From positions 1-64,000 of the IMG/VR virus record IMGVR_UViG_3300028423_001161: a stretch of 64,000 nt of DNA. One strand, 5' to 3'. A program made the position numbers and the translations under genes. Under the pieces are notes generated by a model that ran no database searches, was not told where the DNA came from, and saw only the letters and a program-made list of their open reading frames with translations. Origin of the DNA: a virus. This document shows positions 19,821 to 29,475 of this stretch, piece after piece; within the stretch, counting starts at the first letter, position 1, and the number at the start of each line of letters is the position of its first letter.

Positions 19821-20651
19821 TTATGTTACGCTAATGGTGTTTCGATCTTGCACTCGCCGCCAATTGGTTCCATCGTAAAATGCCATGGTAGATCCCCCAA
19901 CATCGTTGCTCACAAATGCCATGTCACCTGCCGTTGCAGTTGTAAGAGACTCTAGTTCAGCTACAGTATAACTATCGTGCGCAACAAGTTTACGAGCGTC
20001 TTCTTGAATGCCACCGTAATCCAATACTGTGGTTGACTCTTCTGTGATAACACCGTAGTCTTCAACTGGATCGCTGAGATCAGCAAAACTGATGTTACCT
20101 GCACCATCGGTTTGAAGTACTTGGTTAGCTATGCCATCTAAAGTAGGTAGGGTATAACTATTGTTGATAGTAACGTTGGCACCGTCTACACGAAATACTT
20201 CGCTGACATTGTTGGCATTGTATATCTTGAACACAGGATCTGTGCCTGTGTTGTTGTCTCTGACACGCACCACTGTGCCTGTGCCGTTGCTGTGCTTGAC
20301 GTCCAAAAATGCGCCGGAGTAGTTGATGGCTGGATTGGTTCCCAATCTCAAGCTACCGTTCACAAACAGTTTTTCGTTGCTGCTGGTAGATCCGATACTG
20401 ACTGTATCGTTGCTGCTGTCCACATACAGCGTGCCGTTGTCCACATTGAGATCCGTGAACTGTTCGCTAATGTTTAGCCAGGAGTTGCCTTCATATTGGA
20501 GAATGCCTACATTTGCTGAATCAATGTATAGGTCCCCCGCTGTTGCACCTTCTGTGGAGGGCGCAGACCCTGTGATTATGCGGTTACCACTGTTTTTACC
20601 AATCTTAAATTCAGATTGAGTGGTACCTTTGAAATTACCAAAAATAGCCAT
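19821..20651 (-). CDS. probable virion structural/fibre-associated protein
   Basis: Beta-rich fibre-like segments (GDLYID, YTLPT.DG..NQVL.TDG.G, AFYDGTNWRR); upstream late promoter. Confidence 0.6.
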   Translation of the reverse strand: MAIFGNFKGTTQSEFKIGKNSGNRIITGSAPSTEGATAGDLYIDSANVGILQYEGNSWLNISEQFTDLNVDNGTLYVDSSNDTVSIGSTSSNEKLFVNGSLRLGTNPAINYSGAFLDVKHSNGTGTVVRVRDNNTGTDPVFKIYNANNVSEVFRVDGANVTINNSYTLPTLDGIANQVLQTDGAGNISFADLSDPVEDYGVITEESTTVLDYGGIQEDARKLVAHDSYTVAELESLTTATAGDMAFVSNDVGGSTMAFYDGTNWRRVQDRNTISVT

Positions 20652-20747
20652 GTTGTCTCCGGTCAGTTCAGTGTGCGTTTTTGCACACTGTCTAGGAAAT
20701 GCTTCCTAGTCGTGTTCCGTCTAAACTATTTATCTATAACTGGTATT

Positions 20748-21257
20748 TTATGCTGGTGTTGGCTCTAGATGATGTATTTCATCCATAATATCCAGTATGG
20801 CCTGAAAACATCTAGTAGCACCGGGTAGTAGCTCTTTGCGATGTCTGTACTGTTCTAACACCATTAGACAATCTTTGCGATTCTCCCATTCTAGATGTGC
20901 TGTAGGATAATCTGAAAGCCTGCGTTTGAGTATTTCTCCGCCCATGAGATGCGCACCCAACAACACATAGGTGGCACCGTCGATGTCTTCGGGTGTTTTT
21001 AGGCTGCTGGCAAACTGCTTGGCTGCGTTCACAGATTCCGCATGCTTGTAAGAGGATAGGTCTTGCAGTAGAGCATGTACTCGAACAGCGCATTCTGGCA
21101 CATGTGCATCAATCACACAGTGTATGGTGTACAGTGCGCTAAGCCACTTGCTATAGACTTCGGGACTGGGATTTCCTGCTGCCATCAGTTGACCCACAGG
21201 GTGATCTTCACAGGCTTGGTGTAATTCTCTGGTGTTTTGCCACAGATATCCTGGCAT
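20748..21257 (-). CDS. heme oxygenase-like protein
   Basis: Proximal-His motif TRELHQACE and distal-helix YVLLGAHLMGGEIL; C-terminal A..CF; AGGAG RBS. Confidence 0.75.
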   Translation of the reverse strand: MPGYLWQNTRELHQACEDHPVGQLMAAGNPSPEVYSKWLSALYTIHCVIDAHVPECAVRVHALLQDLSSYKHAESVNAAKQFASSLKTPEDIDGATYVLLGAHLMGGEILKRRLSDYPTAHLEWENRKDCLMVLEQYRHRKELLPGATRCFQAILDIMDEIHHLEPTPA

Positions 21258-21322
21258 TGTGATTCTCCTGGATTATATGGAAATAGTTATACTTTGGTAC
21301 TATTTCAACTAAGAGATATTGG

Positions 21323-24300
21323 CTACACCATCACTTCAACAACGCCGCTTCCTGATGAAGCATGTGAAGTCAGTGCTTTGCCAATGATAGCACATGCAGG
21401 TACACTTGTTGGGTCTTGTGCAACACATGCATAGCCCGAGCGTTCGCAGGTTACTAGCACTTCGCCTTTGTGCACAGGACCTTGTACTTTCACTGGCACA
21501 CGACCTCTGAGTGCAAGTGCAACAACCTTTTTGCCTTTGAGCTTGCTGTTCATCAAGTGTGCTGGGTCTGTGCTCACTACACCTGCAACACGTGTGTCGC
21601 AGTGAACGTCTGTGGTGGTGACTTCTGCATCGCCACCGATGATCAGCACAGTGCCTGGTTCATACTCACGATCTGCCAGATAGTTCTCAGCCAAGTCAGC
21701 ATACTGTGCTTGTGTGGCAGTAGCTGTGACCACGTTGGCTGCAAAACTGCCGTTGACATCTCTGACAACCACTTTGTTTGCCTCAGAACTACTGGTTGCG
21801 TCAACTGCCCAGGTTGTGGCTGTGTCACCGTTGAAGTCTGAACCTGTGAGGTATGTGCCGCGTGTAAGAGTTTCTGTGGTGTTAGCAGTGATAGTATTTG
21901 TATCACCTAGGTCAAACTCAACGCCGTTCACAGTGATGCTGCTGTTGCTAATGCTGTCATTGGGCACACTGCTCAGGAAGAACTGACCGGTGCTCACATT
22001 GTAATCAACGCCGGTGCTGGTGTCTGCACTCACAGCATTTCTAGTGCGTGTATCTGTATGGTAGAGGTTAGCACCTTCTGGCAGATCATCGGTGCTGAAC
22101 GCGCTCATGTCCACACTGATGTTATCAGCATCTGATATGACGCCTGTGCCTGCTCCAATGTCCAAGGTAACTGCACCCGATGTGCCGCCGCCTACCAGAC
22201 CGTTGCCTGCAGTTACACTGCTGATGTCACCGATTTCTGTAACAGAAAACTCACCGGTGTTGGCATCGTAGCTCAGTGGACTGGTAGCACTGAACAGATC
22301 TCTGACATCTGATTCACTGATAGTAGTTGTATCAAATACACCTGTACTATTGCTGTATGAGATGTTGGCCACTGCAAACACATTGCCATTGGCAGGCGGT
22401 GTCTGTGTTAGACTTACACTATCACGTGCACGGCTATCTGTGTAATACTGATTTGTGCCTTCAGTTAAGTCAGTGGTAGTTTTGCCAGAGAAGTCTGTGT
22501 CGAAATCTGTGCTCTTGTAGGTGGTTACTGAGAATACACCTGTGGCATTGCTATATAACAAATCGCCTGAAGCACTCACGCTATCGCGTACACGATCATC
22601 TGTGTAGTAGAGATTGGTGTTGCCTTCAGAGAGGTCGTCTGTGTCAAATGCTGTCATGTCCACATTGAGTGTGACATTTCCTGCAACACCACCGCCTGTG
22701 AGACCTGTGCCTGCTATCACTGCAGTGATGTCTGCATCATTGTCATTGGCAATAGTAACCACATTGCCTACATTGGTTACAGTGATATTAGTACCACCCT
22801 GTATGGTCAATGTCTCACCACTGGTAACACTGTGATCTACATTTGATTCTGTGGCAATGTTCCAGCTACTGTAATTGTCAGCTGTGGTTGATATTTCACC
22901 AGTGGTACTGTTGTAGTTTATTAATCCTGCGCCGCTCAACAATCCACGTATAGTGCTTTGGCTAGGGCCAGCATAGGTAAACACACCAGTACTATTGTTG
23001 TAACTGAGACTGCCGAGGCCGCTTGTAGCAGAATCAAACTGCTCACGGATACTGCTGATGTTAGCATCCACAGTGATCACATTGCTGGCTTCACTGATAT
23101 CTAAATAGCTACCAGCGGCAATACTCTTGATGCCGTGAATTTTACTTGCTTCAACTGATGGGGTTGACAATAATGCTTGGTAAGATAGATAAGTGTAAGT
23201 TGTTTGTATACCTTTGCCGCCAGCTTGATCTTGGGTATCTAAACCAGAAACTGCAAAATTAAAAATATCACCAGGAGTAGTCTGAATAGGACCGGTAGTA
23301 AAATATGTATCGCCATAAGGGATGCCGGGCTCATCACGATCGTCAACTTGTTGATATAATAAAGATCCATTTTTGTAAACTTGTAGTGTGATTCTTTGGC
23401 CATTCGAGTCGCCTTGCTGCTCCAACATTACAGATAGTTCAGCATATGAAACATTTGCAGGAGTAACAAAGCTATTTCCTACTACAATGTTGCTAGTATC
23501 AAAAATACTACTAAATCCAGTAATATTACCATCTACAACAATGTTAGCTGATATTCCTACCTTAGCTGCTATAAGACTTTGTGTAACTGACGCACTTGAA
23601 CCAGGTACTTCTCTAGACCCAGCATACAAGTTAATACCTGCGGCGCCTACATCTTCTACATCACCAACTAACGAAGCAGGTGTAATTTCTAAATTTGTAT
23701 CATTGATTCTAATAAAGGCTTGACTGTTAGCAGAGTCGTAGAATATAGCACCATTAGATGTTGCACCAGTGTTTGGTATAACTAGTTCGCCAGTAAATGT
23801 CTTAGTGTTTGCTAAACTTTGATCGCCTGTGGTCCTAACTACAGTGTTGTCTACACTGATCACGCCATTGGCAAAGTCTACACCGTCGCCACCTGAGATA
23901 TAGTTTTCCACTCTCTGATCGGTATAATAGAGATTGCTGACGCCTTCTAAGATGTTATCAGTGTCTAATGTGACCACACCTGTTTCACCGTTCACACTGT
24001 CCACGTTGGCAGTGATGCTGGTCAAGTATGCGTCCATTGCAGCATTGGCTCTGGCATCTGTGTAGTAGAGATTGGCATTGCCTTCTGCTAGATCATCTGT
24101 GCTTGTAGGCATCAAGAAATAGTTGACACCGTCGTTGCTGAACTCCCAGGTTTGTCCAGTGGCATCCCATCTGATGTTAGGTTTGTTAGCGTAGTTGCCG
24201 TCAACAAAAATCTGTGCATCCACACCTCCTACTAGATGACTGTCTATGCGACTTGTGGTAAAGTATAGGTTGGCATTGCCTTCTGATAAATCATCGGTGG

Positions 24301-25180
24301 TTTTATCTGCAAAGTCTGTGTCAAAGTCACTGCTTTTATAAGTGGTCACTGAGAACACACCGTTGGCACTGTCATAGCTGATATCGCCTGAAGCACTGAC
24401 GTTGCTGCGCACACGTTCAGTGGTGTAGTAGAGGTTTGCACCTTCAGACAAATCAGTGGTGCTGTGATTTGAAATATCTGTGACTTGGCCAGTTACTGTG
24501 CCGGTTACATTGCCAGTGACATCACCCGTGACTGCACCAATCACATTGCCCGTGAACTCTGCATCTGTGCCGTCTGTGCCATTGCTGAGTATCACAGTGC
24601 CATTGTCAGCTTTTACATGACCAATGACATTTGCTTCAATGTCACTTGCGCTGGCTGTGCCAATGCTGATGCTGTTTGCTACAATAGTATCAAACTGCAC
24701 ATTGGCATCAGTGCCTACATTTTGACCTATGGAAATTTCTCCTGTGCTTGAATTGTAAACTACACCTGTGCCTCCACTGATGTTTGAACGCACTCTCTGT
24801 GCAGTGAAGTATAAATTTGTGCCTTCTAATAAATCAGTTGTGGTGTGGTTGGAAATATCTGTGACCTGGCCAGTTACCGTGCCTGTGACATCACCAACAA
24901 TATTTGCTTCGATGTCTCCTGATACTGCAATAGCTTCACTGAAATCTATGCTGCCGCCATCAGTGTAAGAAATAATTGCATTTGAATTTGCACCTTGTAG
25001 AACCAACTTTGCTGTGTTGCTATCAGCATCGCTGTTGATTGTGAGGCTGTCGCCTTCCAATAGCGTTTGTGATTCTACAATGGTGATATCACGCTGAACA
25101 AATTCCCCTTCGACAGTGAGTTTGCCCTGTACTACTAGTTCTTCGTCAGAGTTGATATATGTGCGTTTTTTTATAGACAT
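21323..25180 (-). CDS. long repetitive tail fibre with probable C-terminal autocleaving chaperone
   Basis: Eight TxDLxEG-x(1-2)-NLY(Y/F)T-type repeats; YADLAENY...VALALRGRVPVKV C-terminus. Confidence 0.8.
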   Translation of the reverse strand: MSIKKRTYINSDEELVVQGKLTVEGEFVQRDITIVESQTLLEGDSLTINSDADSNTAKLVLQGANSNAIISYTDGGSIDFSEAIAVSGDIEANIVGDVTGTVTGQVTDISNHTTTDLLEGTNLYFTAQRVRSNISGGTGVVYNSSTGEISIGQNVGTDANVQFDTIVANSISIGTASASDIEANVIGHVKADNGTVILSNGTDGTDAEFTGNVIGAVTGDVTGNVTGTVTGQVTDISNHSTTDLSEGANLYYTTERVRSNVSASGDISYDSANGVFSVTTYKSSDFDTDFADKTTDDLSEGNANLYFTTSRIDSHLVGGVDAQIFVDGNYANKPNIRWDATGQTWEFSNDGVNYFLMPTSTDDLAEGNANLYYTDARANAAMDAYLTSITANVDSVNGETGVVTLDTDNILEGVSNLYYTDQRVENYISGGDGVDFANGVISVDNTVVRTTGDQSLANTKTFTGELVIPNTGATSNGAIFYDSANSQAFIRINDTNLEITPASLVGDVEDVGAAGINLYAGSREVPGSSASVTQSLIAAKVGISANIVVDGNITGFSSIFDTSNIVVGNSFVTPANVSYAELSVMLEQQGDSNGQRITLQVYKNGSLLYQQVDDRDEPGIPYGDTYFTTGPIQTTPGDIFNFAVSGLDTQDQAGGKGIQTTYTYLSYQALLSTPSVEASKIHGIKSIAAGSYLDISEASNVITVDANISSIREQFDSATSGLGSLSYNNSTGVFTYAGPSQSTIRGLLSGAGLINYNSTTGEISTTADNYSSWNIATESNVDHSVTSGETLTIQGGTNITVTNVGNVVTIANDNDADITAVIAGTGLTGGGVAGNVTLNVDMTAFDTDDLSEGNTNLYYTDDRVRDSVSASGDLLYSNATGVFSVTTYKSTDFDTDFSGKTTTDLTEGTNQYYTDSRARDSVSLTQTPPANGNVFAVANISYSNSTGVFDTTTISESDVRDLFSATSPLSYDANTGEFSVTEIGDISSVTAGNGLVGGGTSGAVTLDIGAGTGVISDADNISVDMSAFSTDDLPEGANLYHTDTRTRNAVSADTSTGVDYNVSTGQFFLSSVPNDSISNSSITVNGVEFDLGDTNTITANTTETLTRGTYLTGSDFNGDTATTWAVDATSSSEANKVVVRDVNGSFAANVVTATATQAQYADLAENYLADREYEPGTVLIIGGDAEVTTTDVHCDTRVAGVVSTDPAHLMNSKLKGKKVVALALRGRVPVKVQGPVHKGEVLVTCERSGYACVAQDPTSVPACAIIGKALTSHASSGSGVVEVMV

Positions 25181-25248
25181 TGATATTCTCGCTGTGCGCT
25201 TTTGCTATGCAACTATTTATCAGTTTTGCTGTTTGAATTTTCGGTCAT

Positions 25249-25276
25249 AAAAAAGCCCCTGCGAACAGGGGCTTTT
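25249..25276 (-). terminator. intrinsic terminator after the major capsid gene
   Basis: GCCCCTG-TTCG-CAGGGGC followed by T6 on the minus strand. Confidence 0.9.
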
Positions 25277-25299
25277 GTTTCCAACAAAGAAACTAGTTC

Positions 25300-26439
25300 T
25301 TACTGGAAGCTCACGTTTGACAATGAGATTGCATCAACGTAGTCTGCTGCGTTACCCAGCGAGCTAGCTGTGTTGGTCAATTCTTTAAAACCATAACGTG
25401 TCATAAAGCTGACCACTGGCTCGAATGTAGCAGGATCCATCACAGGACCTGTGCTCATCAGTGGGATATATGGGCAGTAGAACGCAGGAGCATCTGTCTC
25501 AGATGAACCTTTGTAGCCGACCAATACTTTGGTACCGTCTGCTGCATAGTTGTCAACAAACACACGGATGGTGCCGTTCAATGTACCTGCAAACTTGGTG
25601 TTTGTGGGTGCTTCGAACGAACCTTCTGTGGTGCGAGCAAAAGTTGAAGTGCTTGCGCTCTGCAGGATTGTCAGTGCTTCTGGTGAAACCACAACGTAGT
25701 TACCAGCGCCACGACGTGTGCGAGCTGCAATGCGGTTAGCGGCACGGTTGATCTCAATAGCGAGAGCTGCGTGACGGTCACCAACAAATACACTCTGTCC
25801 TGACAGATTGTCAAAGTCCAGGCTTGTGCCTGCACCGGCCAAGTTACGCAGTGAGCCAATGATTTCTTGGTCAATTTCCACAACGATTTCTTGTGCTAGT
25901 GCTTGCATGATTTCTGCTTCAACGTCTAGGCCGTGCATTGCTTCTGCATCTTGTGCAGCTTCAAATGTCCAGCGTGCGCTCAAGCGTCTGGTTTTTGCTT
26001 CAACTGTTTCCTTCAAGATTTGAATGCTCATTTTGTTACCTGGCTGACCTTCAGCTGATGCTGTAGCATCTGGTGAACCTGCATAACTCTGAGCCAACTT
26101 GAATGGGCTTAGTGCTTCTTCGCCTGCCACTGCGCCGTCAGCTGTATCAGCATAACGCACACGCAATGTGTGGATTTGACCAACAGGACCAGTCATTGGC
26201 TGTACGCCGACCAGTTCGTTAGCAATCACCGACGGTAGTACACGTCGGATCAGGGGAAGCATTACTTTGTTTAATGTTGCGACTGAACCTGCACCAGTTG
26301 CACCTGTGCTTGCGGCCTCTGACAAATGACGCTTTGCGTTCTCGAGGACCACACCCATGGTTTCTTTGCGCTGACCGCTTAAACCTTCTGTCAGTGCTTC
26401 TTTGGTTGCGGACCAGTTGCTTTCAAATAGATTTGCCAT
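25300..26439 (-). CDS. gp23: major capsid protein
   Basis: LIRRVLP, GVQPMTGPVGQI, AKTRRLSARWTFEAAQD, GYKG, FYCPYIPL and FMTRYG. Confidence 0.97.
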   Translation of the reverse strand: MANLFESNWSATKEALTEGLSGQRKETMGVVLENAKRHLSEAASTGATGAGSVATLNKVMLPLIRRVLPSVIANELVGVQPMTGPVGQIHTLRVRYADTADGAVAGEEALSPFKLAQSYAGSPDATASAEGQPGNKMSIQILKETVEAKTRRLSARWTFEAAQDAEAMHGLDVEAEIMQALAQEIVVEIDQEIIGSLRNLAGAGTSLDFDNLSGQSVFVGDRHAALAIEINRAANRIAARTRRGAGNYVVVSPEALTILQSASTSTFARTTEGSFEAPTNTKFAGTLNGTIRVFVDNYAADGTKVLVGYKGSSETDAPAFYCPYIPLMSTGPVMDPATFEPVVSFMTRYGFKELTNTASSLGNAADYVDAISLSNVSFQ

Positions 26440-26452
26440 TTCTTAACTCCTA

Positions 26453-27568
26453 TTATTTTGAAAGTCCGGCTAATTTACGGATTGTGTCGATTTCAACAAC
26501 ACTTTCCGTGTTGTCATTGGCTTCTGCTTTCACAGATGCCTTCTTATTACCAGTGTGTTCTTTTGTCACTGATTCCTTGATTACATGCTTCTTTGGTCTG
26601 GGTGCTTCTTCATTCAAAACTGAGGGAAGATACTTGTTGAATGCTTCTTCCAGTTTTTCAGTTTTCACACTTTCCAACAAATCGCACATAACTTCTTTTT
26701 TGTCTTTGCCCAGTGGTTGCATCAAAGTGTCGAGCTTCTCTTTGCGAGAATAACGATCCTCTGCTACACTTGCCTTGCTTTCTGCCAGTTGGATTGCTTC
26801 ATCACGTTGTGCAATCTGTTCTTGTGCTTCTGCAAGACGTTTCTCCATTGAGGCCAGTGTCTTTTGTACTTTGCGAATTTCTTTGGCTTCGTTGAGATAA
26901 CTGCTGTTATACTCAGCTGCAAAAGCCTCAAAAAGACGTCTACCAAAGTCATTTTCTCGTGCTGCTGTGATGTCTTGTCTAAATGAGCTGACTTCTTCAC
27001 TGATAATACCGTTGACAACTTTTTCAACTCGTTTGGCGGCATTTTTCACGAAGTCCTTTTTCGTTTCAGCTAGCTGACGCTTGCCTTCGCGAACCATTTT
27101 GACTTTCTGCTCTACCAGTGCTTGCTTGTCCTCATGGAACTCTTTGAGCTCTTCTGCCAGCTGAGTTGCAACAAAATCATCCAATTTTGCTACATGCTCG
27201 TTGACACGAGAACGATCGGCACGCAGTTCTTGAATCTCTTTGGCCACTGATTCTGTGACAAAGCGATCCAGGACTTGGGCATGTTTTTTCATAGCGGTAC
27301 GATACTTAACTGCCTGTTCTGCGAGTGACTTCTTGTCTTCAGCTAGTTCTGCCATCTCAGCTGACAAACGCTCTGAAATGAAACTGTCCACTGCTTCTGC
27401 AATGAGACCTTTGTCATGTTCATAGCGTTGTGCAAACTCCTCACGAAGTTCTGCTGTGATTTCTTCACGTGCTTCTGACAACTGTGACTCCCAGGCTTCT
27501 TGAAGGCTTGTGCGAGCCTCTTGTGAAAGACCTGCACCTTCAAGTAGTTCGTTAAATGTAACTGCCAT
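26453..27568 (-). CDS. gp22: prohead core scaffolding protein
   Basis: Long coiled-coil E/K-rich protein between protease and MCP. Confidence 0.85.
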   Translation of the reverse strand: MAVTFNELLEGAGLSQEARTSLQEAWESQLSEAREEITAELREEFAQRYEHDKGLIAEAVDSFISERLSAEMAELAEDKKSLAEQAVKYRTAMKKHAQVLDRFVTESVAKEIQELRADRSRVNEHVAKLDDFVATQLAEELKEFHEDKQALVEQKVKMVREGKRQLAETKKDFVKNAAKRVEKVVNGIISEEVSSFRQDITAARENDFGRRLFEAFAAEYNSSYLNEAKEIRKVQKTLASMEKRLAEAQEQIAQRDEAIQLAESKASVAEDRYSRKEKLDTLMQPLGKDKKEVMCDLLESVKTEKLEEAFNKYLPSVLNEEAPRPKKHVIKESVTKEHTGNKKASVKAEANDNTESVVEIDTIRKLAGLSK

Positions 27569-27581
27569 AGTAGTCTCCTAC

Positions 27582-28208
27582 TTACCTTTTGTTAAGTTCG
27601 TTGATAAACTCAGCAATAGAGCTTACCAAATGCTTTTCTGCATTTCTGTCGTGTGTTACGTCAGCGGCTAACCTGTGAATGGCTTCGCCGCCACGCATGT
27701 TAAACAAACTCTCATAGATGGTCTTAGGATAAGCATCTGGAGCACTGGGCTGGGCCACAATGTCCACAGTTACAATATCAAATTCCGATACACGACCAGA
27801 ATCATCAACATTGCCACTGCCACGACTACTTACACCCAGTTTTGCTCCGGCTTTTAGCAAGCTACGAGCAATGTTACCCATGGGAGTATCTATGATTTTG
27901 AGTTTTCCTACTCCGTCTGTGCCATTGCACTGCATGTCAGTGATGATATGGCTCACACGGTCAAGGTTGATCTGAAGCTCTTCTGGATGGTCTAGTTCGC
28001 CCAAAACAGTTTCGCCTTTGGTCAACCGTGATGTTACGCTTTCAACAGCACGCTTGATCTCTGTGGTGGGGTATACCCGACCATTTTGATTCTTTACATC
28101 ACCTTGGATAAAAAGCCCTGCCATAAACAGGTCTTTGCCATCCTCGCTTTCCATGAGCTTGAGACCTGCATGGTCTGGGCTCATATATTCGTAAAGTTTA
28201 CGTGCCAT
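27582..28208 (-). CDS. gp21: prohead maturation protease
   Basis: N.NGRVYP, LGELDHP, VSH, GVSSRG.G and D.V..PSAPDA. Confidence 0.95.
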   Translation of the reverse strand: MARKLYEYMSPDHAGLKLMESEDGKDLFMAGLFIQGDVKNQNGRVYPTTEIKRAVESVTSRLTKGETVLGELDHPEELQINLDRVSHIITDMQCNGTDGVGKLKIIDTPMGNIARSLLKAGAKLGVSSRGSGNVDDSGRVSEFDIVTVDIVAQPSAPDAYPKTIYESLFNMRGGEAIHRLAADVTHDRNAEKHLVSSIAEFINELNKR

Positions 28209-28234
28209 TTTATTTTACCTCACTTACTTACAAG

Positions 28235-29101
28235 TCACTTAGGACGCTTGCTCAACGGGCTCTTGCTGTTGCTGCCATCGGCATTTGATTTGCCGTCTTT
28301 GGCAGCAGGAGCTTTCTTGTGATCAACGTCAATGTTGTTGTCTGTGGGGTCCTGTTCTTTGGCTTCGGCGCCGTGGTTTTTCTTGCCTTCTGAGCCATCC
28401 TTGGCTTTCACAGGCGAACCTTGGCTGCTAACACTGCTGTGCTTGGGTGCTTTGGTGAAAGGTGATTCACCTTCTGCATCGCCTGCACCGCCCTTGGGCT
28501 CAGGCACTTTGTCTTGCAGAGCAGTTGCTTCTTCGAGATCTTCCATTTCGTCGAGATCGTATTCAACTGAATCCATCATCTCGTCTTCCATGTCGTCATC
28601 TGCATCCATGTCCATGTCCATGTCCATGCTGTCTGCGTCAACATCCATGTCCATGTCGTCCATGTCACCGTCTTGCGCTGAAATTAGTGATTCCAGTTCA
28701 CGGCGCAGATCTTCTAAATCAGCTTCCATGTCCTCGACTTTGTCTTCGATGTCTTCATCAGCATCAGCGTCGGCATCAGCATCGGCATCCATGTCCATGT
28801 CCATGCTATCTGCATCTGCGTCAGCATCCATGTCCATGTCGTCCAGGTCTACTGACTCTTCGTCATCTTCCTCAGCTTCAACTGTGTCTTGGTGAATTTC
28901 TTCTTCGTCATCTGTGATTTCTTTTTCGAAATCCTTGGACTTGCTGTCTCGATGGATATCTTCTTCTACTTCGTCTGACTCGTCAAGCACGCGCTCGTAT
29001 TCAGCACGAGCTTTAGCTACTACATATTCATGTAGGAGCTCTTCGGCTTTTTCCGTGTCTTCTGCAAGAAGGAGTTCGAGAATCTGTTCTAGATTTGACA
29101 T
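28235..29101 (-). CDS. highly acidic prohead core/internal protein (gp67/68-like position)
   Basis: D/E-rich with DM/DA dipeptide runs; lies between portal and protease; AGGAG RBS. Confidence 0.65.
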   Translation of the reverse strand: MSNLEQILELLLAEDTEKAEELLHEYVVAKARAEYERVLDESDEVEEDIHRDSKSKDFEKEITDDEEEIHQDTVEAEEDDEESVDLDDMDMDADADADSMDMDMDADADADADADEDIEDKVEDMEADLEDLRRELESLISAQDGDMDDMDMDVDADSMDMDMDMDADDDMEDEMMDSVEYDLDEMEDLEEATALQDKVPEPKGGAGDAEGESPFTKAPKHSSVSSQGSPVKAKDGSEGKKNHGAEAKEQDPTDNNIDVDHKKAPAAKDGKSNADGSNSKSPLSKRPK

Positions 29102-29286
29102 TGTGGCTCTCCTAAACTCTTGAGTATTTTTTTAAGGCGCTATTGCCTTATACACTTTTTACTTATAGGAGATAGCTGAAATCACCGCGAAAACGGCGAT
29201 TTTTTGGTCAAAAATTGCTTAGTTCTATTTAGTTTGGGTCAAACACTGCAAAAAACAGTGTTTTAATATAATTTTTCTGTAACAAT

Positions 29287-29475
29287 CTACTCAGCGGGCA
29301 TACCGTACATGCTGCTCACAAACTCGTCATGTTCGAGCTCTTCTGCACGCTTGATGTCACGGTATTTTCTCAGTTTGTTGAGCTGTTGCAGTGTGAGCAC
29401 TGGTTTGCGTGTGTCTGATTCACTGCGTTGTGTGTATTGATCATGTTCTGGATCATAGAATTCTCTGAGTCTCAT
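29287..29475 (-). CDS. small hypothetical protein coupled to the portal gene
   Basis: TGATG overlap with the portal stop; 62 aa. Confidence 0.7.
   Translation of the reverse strand: MRLREFYDPEHDQYTQRSESDTRKPVLTLQQLNKLRKYRDIKRAEELEHDEFVSSMYGMPAE

Noticed and set aside
28575-28845. CRISPR-like or non-coding repeat array
   Set aside because: The repeats are in-frame coding hexamers without unique spacers
29130-29265. Several small hairpins upstream of the acidic prohead gene
   Set aside because: Short, AT-rich stems consistent with ordinary terminator/leader sequence; not enough evidence for a distinct element
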